DNA of 20,000 nucleotides from Chiloscyllium plagiosum (taxonomy: Eukaryota). A program made the translations under genes and the position numbers. The notes beneath the pieces were generated by a model that saw only the letters and a list, made by a program, of their open reading frames with translations, had not been told where the DNA came from and did not search any database. Positions 1-8,878 of the stretch are shown piece by piece. The DNA lies in assembly GCF_004010195.1 (NCBI RefSeq), contig NC_057754.1, positions 12,678,357 through 12,698,356 of the forward strand. The letters run 5' to 3'. Each line of letters begins with the position of its first letter. Position 1 is the stretch's first letter.

Positions 1-242
1 TGCCACAAGGATCTGTTTTGGGACCACTGTTGTTTGTCATTTTTATAAATGACTTAGTTGCAGCCATTGGTGGATGGGTTAGTAAGTTTGCAGAAGACAC
101 TAAAGTTGGTGGAGTACTGGACAGTGTGGAAACGTGTTGCAGGGGGACTTGGATAAACTGTAGAATTGAGCTGAGAGGTGGCAAATGGAGTTCAATGCAG
201 ATAAATGTGAGGTGATTCACTTTGGGAAGAATAACAGGAAGG
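1..242 (+). mobile_element. CR1-clade LINE ORF2 reverse transcriptase fragment
   Basis: Translates PQGSVLGPLLFVIFINDL...VSKFAEDTKVGGVLDS (RT PQG and FADD motifs, the latter decayed to FAED); frameshifted downstream. Confidence 0.92.
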
Positions 243-500
243 CGGAACACCTCATCTTCCGCCTCGGAACCCTTCAGCGTCAGAGCGTTAATATGGACTT
301 CACCTGTTTCCTCATTTCCCCTCCCCCCACTTGACCTCAATTCCAACCTTCCAGCTCAGCAACATCCTCATGACCTGTCCCATCTGTCAATCTTCCTTCC
401 CACCTATCTGCTCCACCCTCCTGTCTGACCTAGCACCTTTACCCCCATCTCTATCCACCTATTGCCCTCTCAGTTATCTTCTCTCCAGCTCCACCCTCCT
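243..500 (+). mobile_element. Penelope-like element 3' fragment (end of GIY-YIG ORF plus pyrimidine-rich UTR)
   Basis: EHLIFRLGTLQRQSVNMDFTCF matches the ORF end of the Penelope copy at about 3695-3760 (HLIFKPGTLQPFGLNIEFNTF); followed by a C/T-rich tract. Confidence 0.75.
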
Positions 501-819
501 CTCAGGGAGAAAGGAGCAGCAGCTACTGCTTTGCTGGGCAGGAAGGAGCCGTTTCACATGCTCACGGCCCGACGTTCGCGCTCAGATAATAGGGAACGCT
601 CAATAGGGCTGCTTCTGGTCCTCCAGTCCTTCCGATTGGTCACATTGTGACGGAATGGGGCGAAACACAAACTCAAATGCAATGGCATGACCTTATCCAA
701 ATGATGTTTCAAAGCTTCTGCCAATAGACAAAGTGGTTGCTGTGACAACTGACCAATCAGATTGAGGGAGCTGTTCCCGACCTAAGCCAACCTTACACGT
801 GCATAGCGCTATTTCTCCG

Positions 820-2088
820 TTGTGAGGCATGACCTGCTGCTCACAAACCCATGCTGACTATCTTTAATTAAACTATGGTTTTCCAAGTAATAATAAATCC
901 TGTCTCTCAGAATACTCTCCAGTACTTTGCCCACCACTCACATAAGACTGACTGGTCTGTAATTCCCAGGATTATCCCTATTTCCTTTCTTGAACAAGGG
1001 AATAACATTTGCCACCCTCCAATCATCTGGCACTATTCCAGTGGACAGTGAGGAGGCAAAGATCATTGTCAAAGGCATAGCAATCTCTTCCCTCGCTTCC
1101 TGTAGTAACCTCGGGTATATCCCAGTCTGACCCAGGGGATTTATCTATCCTTATGTTATTCAAAATTTTCAGTATCCTCCTTCCTAACATTAACCTGGTC
1201 TAGCATATCAGTCTGTTTCACACTATCCACAGAAATATGAAGGTCCCTCTCAGGAGTGATTACTGAAGCATTCATTAATAATCTACCCAACTTCTTCTGT
1301 CTCCAGGTACAAGTTCCCTACACCATCTCTGATCAGGCCTATCCTCATTCTAGCCATCCTCTTGTTCTTCACATAAGTTAGAACTCTTTAGGGTTTTCCT
1401 TAATGCTACTCACTAAAGCTTTTTTATGCTCTCTTCTAGCTGTCTTAAGTCCATTCTTCTGTTCCTGGCTACCTTGTAACCCTTTAAAGCCCTGTTTGAT
1501 TCTTGCCTCCTCAACCTTAAGTAAGCTTCCTTCTTCGTCTTGACTAGTTGTTCCACAACCCTTGTCTCCCAAGGTTCTTTTAATTTACCATCCCTTCCTT
1601 GCCTCAGTGGGACAACCTGTCTAGCACTATCAGTAGGTAGTTTCTTCCCCCTCCCTCAATTGAATACTTTCCCATACTATCTACTCCTATCCTTCTCCAT
1701 GAGTATAGTAAAGGTCATAGAGTTGTGATCACTATCACCGAAATGCTCCCTCACCAAGAGATCGGACACTTGGAGTGGTTCTCCGCCAAGCACTAAGTCC
1801 AATATGGCCTCCCCTCTAGTTGGTCTATCTATATATTACATCAAGAACCTTTCCTGCACACACTTGACAAAAACTGCTCCATCCAAACTATTTGAACTAA
1901 GTAGGTTCCAATCAATATTAGGAAAGTTAAAGTCACCTATGACAACAACCCTGTCATTTCTGCACCTTTCCAAAATCTGCCTCCATGTTCTGTTGCTATT
2001 GAGGAGCCTTTAGAAAACTCCCAATAAAGTGACTGCTCCTTTCCAGTTTCTCACTTCCACCCATACTGACTTTGTGGACAAACCCTCC
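820..2088 (-). mobile_element. Decayed CR1 LINE ORF2 (end of AP endonuclease to start of RT)
   Basis: Minus strand gives VVVIGDFNFPNIDW (~1905-1950) and PGNYRPVSL...VVGKVLESILRDRI...SQHGFV (~843-970); many stops and frameshifts. Confidence 0.92.
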
Positions 2089-2249
2089 TAAAATTCTGTT
2101 TAACTGGACCAATCAATCCCAAACATTTCCAATTTGGCAGGGATGATACAATTCTGTTTAACTGGACAGGACTTTATGAACACCAGCAGAAACAGACTGT
2201 GATGAACATGGCTCAGTCATGGATGCAACTAACAACAATCATTACAGAT

Positions 2250-2945
2250 ACTCATCAACTCACTGGTGTCTCTGCAGTTTGGATGATTGAGTGAATCCAA
2301 ACTCACATACTCAGAACATACGAACTGTCTCCCCTCAGTGTGAATTCCGTGGTGTATACTAAGTTGAGATGATCGTTTGCTGCCAGTCCCACAGTGAGAG
2401 TACTTGAATGGCCTCTCCCCAGTGAATCCAAACTCACATACTCAGAACATACGAACTGTCTCCCCTCAGTGTGAATTCCATGGTGTATACTAAGTTGAGA
2501 TGATTGTTTGCTGCCAGTCCCAGTGAGAGTACTTGAATGGCCTCTCCCCAGTGTGAATTCTCGGTGCATACTGAGTTGAGATGATTGTTTATAGTCAGTC
2601 CCACAATGAGAGCACTTGAAAGATCTCTTCTCTGTGAACACGTTAATGACTAAATTTTAAAGCAATTTAGTCTGGCCATTTAAAAGATCTTTCAGTCGTG
2701 TGATCTTGCTGGTGTGTCAGCAGGGGTATGACTGAGTAAATCCTTTCTCATACTCCAAGCAGGTAAATGGGCTCTCCTTGATGTGAAATTGCTGGTGTTT
2801 CAGAAGATTGGCTGCCCAGGTGAATCCATTCTAGAGCATGTGAATGGCCTATCCCCAGTCTGATTGTATTGGTGGAGGATAAGTTCAAATGATCTCCTGA
2901 AACCAGCCTCTCATTGGTATGGATATGTTGATGGTGTATCAGCTG
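2250..2945 (-). pseudogene. C2H2 (Kruppel-type) zinc-finger array pseudogene
   Basis: Repeated finger and linker remnants: QTGDRPFTCS, GFTWAANLLKHQQFHIKESPFTC, FKCSHCGTDYKQSSQLSMH, IHTGERPFKYSHCG, GFTQSSKLQRHQ; frameshifts and lost Cys/His residues. Confidence 0.92.
2290..2549. repeat. Near-perfect tandem duplication (131 + 129 bp) inside the zinc-finger pseudogene
   Basis: 2290-2420 and 2421-2549 differ by two substitutions and a 2-bp indel. Confidence 0.95.
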
Positions 2946-3024
2946 ATCTTTCTCTATGACTAACTTAGAAAATATGTTTATAAAATAAGTTTATCTGAAG
3001 AAGACAAAACAATAATGCTGATTT

Positions 3025-3097
3025 TTCACAGATGTTGCCAGACCTGCTAAGCTTTTCCAGTAACTTCTGTTTTCGTTTCCTATTTACAGCATCCTGT
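3025..3097 (+). mobile_element. Penelope-type terminal repeat fragment (no hammerhead core)
   Basis: CAGATGTTGCCAGACCTGCTAAGCTTTTCCAG resembles GGATGCTGCCTGACCTGCTGCGCTTTTCCAG at 4740-4770. Confidence 0.55.
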
Positions 3098-3231
3098 TAT
3101 ATCAGTTATTATGTTCATAAAACTGTTCATCAAAAGGGAAGGACAGGAATTCAAAACTAAGAATTTAGTTTCCATTGAAACTCTAATGTTCTTCAATACC
3201 CCTCATATTCTCCACCTGACTATTGTGGTTC

Positions 3232-4430
3232 AGGAACAAATTACTGCAGATGCTGGAATCTGGACTGAAAGACAACAAACGGAGGTCACAGAGAGTCAGA
3301 CAGAATCCATGAGAGAGCAAGCTAACTTTTCAAGTCTAGATGAATCTTCATCAGATTAGTCCAATACCAACACCCTCCTTCTGCAAGCACAGAAGATGAA
3401 ACATCTGCCCCTTCACTTCCTCCCTGCTCCCCATCCAATGGCCTAAACAGTCTTCCCAGATGAAACCTGTACCTCTTCCAATCTTGTGTATTGTATTCAC
3501 TACACCCAATGCGGCCTACACTATATTGCAGAAATCAAACACAGACCGAGTGTCCGTTTTGCAGAAAATCTCCAGTCTGGACACAGGCATTACCCTGACC
3601 TTCCAGTATCCAGTCATTTTAGCACAGCTTCCTGCTTTCATGCCGAAAGCATGCTGAAGTGTTCCAGTGAATCACAGCACAAACTGGAGGAATGACATCT
3701 CATCTTCAAACCAGGCACGTTACAGCCTTTTGGACTCAACATTGAGTTCAACACCTTCAAATTGTGAACGATTTCTTTCCTTTTCACTTGTTACACTCTG
3801 TCACCATGTCCTCTCTCCCCTCCCCCCATCCCAATGGGACAGTCTGTTCTCCCCAGTCTGACAATTAGACACACCATTGTTTTGCCATTCTCACCTTCTG
3901 ATCACTTAATCAGAGCTATTAACATCTTCTCTCCACAAGTACCCTACATCCACTGGGCCCACACCTGTACTATAAACTGTTAGCTCGTCCACAGTTCTGA
4001 TGAAGAGTGACGGTGGTACAGTGGCATGGCACGGTACACCACGGTGGCTTAGTGGTTAACACTGCTGCTTCACAGCACCAGAGACATGGTTTCAATTTCC
4101 ACCTCAGGCAACTGTCTGTGTGGAGTTTGCACATTCTCCCTGTGTCTGCGTGGGTTTCTTTCAGGTGCTTCAGTTTCCTCCCACAGTCCAAAGATGTACA
4201 GGTCAGGTGAATTGGCCTTGCTAAATTGCCTATAGTGTTAGGTGCATTAGTCAGGGTTATATATAGGGCGGGGTAATGGGTCTGGTGGGTTACTCTTCGG
4301 AGGGTCGGTGTGGATTGTTGGGCCTGTTTCCATACTGTGGGGAATCTAACCTAATCTTGACTGGAAATGTCAGCTTGCTCTCTGCCCCAGATGCTGTCTG
4401 ACCCACTGTGATCTCCACCATTTGCTGCTT
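3232..4430 (+). mobile_element. 5'-truncated Penelope-like element: inverted terminal repeat, GIY-YIG endonuclease remnant, 3' terminal repeat split by a SINE
   Basis: TCTSSNLVYCIHYTQCGLHYIAEIKHR..RFAENL..PVSSHF (3465-3620); 3232-3355 is the reverse complement of the repeat at 3996-4010 + 4354-4430. Confidence 0.88.
4011..4357 (+). mobile_element. tRNA-derived SINE, HE1/V-SINE type
   Basis: A-box-like TGGCTTAGTGG and decayed B box GGTTTCAATTTCC; central GTGTGGAGTTTGCACATTCTCCCTGTGTCTGCGTGGGTTTC V-domain; (AATCT)-type tail; stuttered 5' end. Confidence 0.92.
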
Positions 4431-4681
4431 ACGCTATGTTGTTCTAAATACTGCCCGCCTACGTCTTTAATCGAGGTTTGTCTTAGATAACTAAGATAGT
4501 ACCCATGAAGATGATCCCGTTCCTGTTGAGAAGCTTGTAACTGTTGGAACTGCAGCTTGTTGTTGGGCTCTGCACTGAGGGGTGCGGCCAGTTCTCAGGG
4601 GTTCCTTCCTTCCCACTCCAGTGAGGAGTGGGTAAGGATCAGGAAGCTCCCTGATTGGTTGTCTGGCCCAGCCTGATCAAG

Positions 4682-4809
4682 TGAAGAAGCCCTTCCTGAA
4701 GAAGGGCTCATGCCCGAAACGTCGATTCTCCTGTTCCTTGGATGCTGCCTGACCTGCTGCGCTTTTCCAGCAACACATTTTCAGCTCTGATCTCCAGCCC
4801 TCATTTTCT
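4682..4809 (+). mobile_element. Short Penelope terminal-repeat insertion with 15-bp target-site duplication
   Basis: CCCAGCCTGATCAAG at 4667-4681 and 4810-4824; 4693-4788 is 93/96 identical to the minus-strand copy at 12629-12724. Confidence 0.85.
4696..4723 (+). ncRNA. Minimal hammerhead ribozyme core (Penelope type)
   Basis: CUGAAGA-A-GGGC-UCAU-GCCC-GAAA-CGUC: both conserved boxes, perfect 4-bp stem II, palindromic ACGU in place of helix III, GUC cleavage triplet. Confidence 0.7.
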
Positions 4810-5099
4810 CCCAGCCTGATCAAGCTTGTGCTATGAGGACCTGGGCCTCACCGCCGAGACATGCCGAACAGGTGTCTCTGATTCAAACGGCGCAACAGTG
4901 ACTTACTTTTCAGTGGTTAAATTATTCTCAACATGTTTACAAAACCTCCTAATCCACCCTCCCAGCTCCATAAACTGAAGGATGATCACACCCGCCATGA
5001 TGTTCCACCCACAGAGTGGACCACCACATACCGTTTGCTCCATCGCCCAGTGTTGCAGCAAATTGACAGCGGTTCTGCATCAATAGGGGGGAGGGGACA

Positions 5100-5258
5100 G
5101 GACTGGATGTCCCATTTGGAGCGGATGGTTTTCCAATGAGTCAGAGTGACTGAAGGACAGGGCTGAATGAGGGAGCTGGAAACGATGATCCTCCAACGAG
5201 TCGGAGTGAATGAGTGGTGGAGCGGGATAACCGAGCTGGAACTGGATGGTCCTCCAAC
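5100..5258 (-). repeat. Diverged ~60-bp tandem repeat (about 2.7 copies), coding-like
   Basis: CCAAYGAGTC/CCAAC anchors at 5133, 5193 and 5254; minus strand gives HSDSLEDH / HSDSLENH 20 aa apart. Confidence 0.7.
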
Positions 5259-5259
5259 C

Positions 5260-5845
5260 AATAGAAACATAGAAGGTAGGAGCACGATGATTTAATTTGG
5301 TCCTTCCAGCCAGCTGCACCATTTATCGCCATCATTGCTGATTGTCCAACTCAATAGCCTAATTCTGCTTTCTCCCCATAACCTTTGATCACATTCGCCC
5401 GAAGTGCAAGATCTAGCCGCCTCGTCAATGTATTGGCATCAATTACTTCCTGTGGTAATGAATTCCATGCGCGCACTCTTTGGGGGAAGAAATGTCTCCT
5501 CAAATGGTCCACCCCAAATCCTCAGACTATGACCCCTGGGTCTGGACACACCCACCATTGGGACATCCTCCCTGCATCTACTCTGTCTCCTCCTTCTAGC
5601 ATTGAAATCTCTAAGAGATCTCCCCTCATTCATCTGAACTCCAGCAAAAATAATCCCAACTTCATCAATCTCTCCTCATATGTCAGTCCAGTCATCTACA
5701 GAATCAGTCTGATAAAATTTTGCTGCACTCATTTAAGAGCAAGAGCATTCTTCCTCAGAAAAGGAGACCAAAACTGCACACCACATGTCAGGTGTGCCCT
5801 CACCAAGGACCTGTATAATTGCAACAATGCATCCCTGCTCCTGTT
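5260..5845 (-). mobile_element. CR1 LINE 3' portion
   Basis: Minus strand QLYRSLVRAHLTCGVQFWSPFLRK and SRPRGHSLRI, typical of the CR1 ORF2 C-terminus, then 3' UTR ending TTCTATGTTTCTAT. Confidence 0.88.
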
Positions 5846-5894
5846 TCTCTCAGATTCCAGGAGGTTTCCTCCCTTTTACAATAAACAGGCCAAG

Positions 5895-5982
5895 TGCAGG
5901 GAAATGGGCTGTGCATGGAGAGACATTTTGGTCCACGTGGACCAGTTTGAGCCAAAGTGCTGCAGGACTCTATGACTCTATA
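5895..5982 (+). mobile_element. CR1 3' UTR tail fragment
   Basis: GGACCAGTTTGAGCCAAAG...ACTCTATGACTCTAT; same architecture as the tail at 13050-13114. Confidence 0.65.
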
Positions 5983-6549
5983 AACTGACATTCTCACAAC
6001 TGCTGGGACTAATCCACTATGTAAGGATGTTTGGAAAATTACAACCAATGCATTCTCTATCCATTTATGCTTGTTTTAGAATCATGGGATGTAAACCTTC
6101 ATGGCCAGTGGTCTTATCTGATGTTAGCCCATCATTTTGTCAAATGTGACTTCATTCCACATCTCCAACCCTATCCCGTATTCTTCAGTCTACATTTGAT
6201 AGTCCCTGTTCTCAAGGGGATGATTTACCTTGATATAATTTAAGTCTTCCACATTACACATTACCAGATACAAATTAACTGAGCCCTTTCAGCATAACTT
6301 GCTTCTTTGGACAGTTACAGAAACACGTCTATCTGTAATTTATCCCCCTGCACAAAGAAAGGCTGTTGTGGTGAAAGAAGAAACAGAAATCAATCTTTAT
6401 TTGGTATAGATTTAATTAAGGAGTAAGACATTTCATGTCTGTCTGCCCTGACTTTGTCAGTAAATGTCTCTTTATGTGTTCTCCAGTCACCAACAAGTTT
6501 ACTCAGTATTTGATAAAATTAACAGCTGCAGTCAGTGTTACTAAAGTGT

Positions 6550-6702
6550 TTATCCTGTGTGGCTGCCAAGGAGTCTCAGCAGGTGGGATGATTGACTAAA
6601 TCCTTTCCCACACTCAGAACAAATGAATGGCTTCTCTCCAGGGTGAAGCCATAAGTGTCTCAGCAGCCTGGATGTCTGACAGAATCCATTTCCACACACA
6701 GC
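6550..6702 (-). pseudogene. Last two C2H2 fingers and stop codon of a zinc-finger gene, cut upstream by a CR1 fragment
   Basis: [50 protein letters not shown] in one open frame. Confidence 0.9.
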
Positions 6703-6703
6703 A

Positions 6704-6926
6704 TTTTTCACAGAGGGTGCAAGAATGGAATGAGCTGCCAGAGGAAGGGGTGGGGGCTGGTGCAGTTACAACACTTATAAGGCATCTTGATGAGTAAATG
6801 AATAGGAAGGGTTGAGAGGGATGTGGGCCAAATGCTGGCAGATGAGGTGAGATTTATTTATGATATCTTGTCAGCATGGACAAGTTGGACCAGAAAGTCT
6901 GTTTCTGTGTTGTACATCTCTATGTC
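6704..6926 (+). mobile_element. CR1 LINE 3' end
   Basis: TTTTTCACAGAGGGTG...TGGAATGAGCTGCCAGAGGAAG (WNELPEE) and 3' UTR ending CTCTATG; homologous to 12883-13114. Confidence 0.88.
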
Positions 6927-7289
6927 TCTCCCAGTCTTTCTCTCTCTCTATGATGTCTTGCTGCAATCTGCTCCCAGTTCAGACACGGAGTTGTGTTTGG
7001 GGCTGTGTCAGTGGGAACTGGATTGCTTCCACTTCAAACCAATGTTATCCAATCATATCCCTGAATGGACACAGAGATTGTGGGGATGGAGGGTGGGGAA
7101 CTGAGGTCAGTGAGGGCGTGTGCAACAGAGACTGGCAGGGCACGTTTGTCTCCAAATATGGGAGAGATTTTAGCTGATTTAATTATGTTAGACTTACCAT
7201 TGAATGTTCTGATGTACAGTTTGCTTATCCAGCTGTCATTCGATATTAAGTGTGTCTGGAAAAATCAACAAGAATTAGATAAAATATAA

Positions 7290-7635
7290 TCCCTCAGCCC
7301 TGACCCTCTAACAATGTCTGCTCCCTCAGCACTGACCCTCCGACAGTGCCCGCTCCCTCAGCGCTGACCCGCTGACAGTGCCCGCTCCCTCAGCGCTGAT
7401 CCGCCGACAGTGCCCGCTCCCTCAGCGCTGGCCTGCCAACAGTGCCCGCTCCCTCAGTGCTGGCACGCCGACAATGCCCGCTCCCTCAGCAATGACCCTT
7501 CGACAGTGCCCTCTCTCAGCTAATCCTCCAACACTGCCCGCTCCCTCAACACTGATCCTCAAAGTGCCCGCTCCTGCAACATTGATAGTACGCACTCCTT
7601 CAGTACTGACCCTCTGACGGTGCCTGTGCCCTCGG
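7290..7635. repeat. 32-bp minisatellite, about 10 copies
   Basis: Unit CAGTGCCCGCTCCCTCAGCGCTGACCCKCYGA starting at 7344, 7376, 7408 and 7440; edges degenerate. Confidence 0.95.
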
Positions 7636-7799
7636 CATTCTGATTGCAGCTTGGTCCTGGTTCACTGTTACACTCACTTGCACAGTTTTCAACAAGTTTT
7701 GAAGCAACCAAGGACATCATCGGTGAGTTCCTCTGCTAACTGATAACAGTGTCCTGGGAGTAAAGGAAACAGAGAGGTGAGCTGGAAAACTCCTTGTCC

Positions 7800-8250
7800 C
7801 TGTCACCTTTGACCAATTCCTGCCTAATTCTCAGCACAGCCCAAAACCCACAGATATGTTTCTGTCTCTCCTTAGCAACAGGCCCCAAACCCTCAACAAC
7901 TCTGGGCTCATCCTCAGCAACAGGCCCAATATTATAGCTGTCTTCTATTTCATCCCTAGCTTCGGTCCAAAATCCTGACCAATCCCCATCTCATCCTTGA
8001 CAAAGTCCTCATACTATGGTCAACTCCGCTTGCATCTTTAGCCACAGGCGTCAGGTCCTGACTAACTTCTTTTCCATCCTTAACCTTCGGCCCCATACCC
8101 TATCTACCAACATCCTTAGCAAAAAGGTCCAATTCCATTGCCATCTCAACACTGGCTTGGGTCCCAACCCTGTCCAACTCCTATCTTATCCTTAAGTAAT
8201 AGGACTCAGACACCTGGCTAGGTCCCATCTCCTCGTTAGCAACAGCCCAC
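7800..8250 (-). repeat. Highly diverged ~42-bp tandem repeat (about 10 units), coding-like
   Basis: TCCTTAGC-like anchors at 7869, 7911, 7953, 7994, 8035, 8077 and 8113; minus strand gives a GPVAKDE-like 14-aa periodicity. Confidence 0.75.
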
Positions 8251-8629
8251 AAGGGTCTGTAGCTTGTTGCAGGATATGTGACTAGCCATGTAAGTAATAT
8301 AGACCTACTACTAAAGCCCCACTTCTCCCAAGCACTGTGATTGGTGTAATTGCAGTACTCCACCCCAGGAGCCAGCAGGTAGTAATAGTTGGCACAGCCA
8401 CAGGGGAACATTACGGTGAGTTGGAAGCAGGAACAGACTCATGTCTTTTGGAGGTTGGTGTGGGGAAAGAGGGGAACAGTCAGGGCTGGAGTGGAAAGGT
8501 GTGTCGGGAAAGGTGTGGGCTTCAATGTTGAAATTATCAACAGAAGGATTAAAAATCTGCGGAATAGGACTGATGCCTAGAAATGTGAAACTTAGCAACA
8601 GGCCAGAAAGCCTTAGGTCTTGGAATAGC

Positions 8630-8760
8630 AACGGGTGTAGAGCTGGAGGAGATTACAGAGATAGGGAGGGGGTATGAGCTGGAGGAGGTACCGAGGGGTG
8701 TAGAGGCTGAAGATTACTGAGATAGAAATGGGCTGGAAGAGGTTACAGAGAGAGAGAAAG
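8630..8760. repeat. Degenerate purine-rich minisatellite remnant
   Basis: GCTGGAGGAGATTACAGAGATAGGGAGGG-like units; reverse complement of the array at 16760-17130. Confidence 0.65.
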
Positions 8761-8878
8761 AGAGTGTGCACGAGCCCTTGGTGACCAAGAAGATAAGAGG
8801 CTGCGTGAAAATTAAAGCCAGTGACCTCCATGAAGTGGGAATGATCCTAGGAAGGAGGGAGAGTTTCTCTCTCTCTCT

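Noticed and set aside
4035..4110. tRNA-like sequence (also at about 11040-11110 on the minus strand)
   Set aside because: Pol III head of a SINE, continuous with the V-domain and tail; no intact cloverleaf.
5385..5975. 196-aa plus-strand ORF
   Set aside because: Antisense to a CR1 ORF2 remnant and runs across unrelated repeat pieces; no independent protein features.
7290..7635. 32-bp periodic array resembling CRISPR, and its 79-aa ORF
   Set aside because: Head-to-tail units with no unique spacers, no cas genes and a vertebrate context; a minisatellite.
8311..8631. 106-aa minus-strand ORF with a signal-peptide-like start
   Set aside because: No recognisable domain and abuts a minisatellite; cannot be supported beyond chance.
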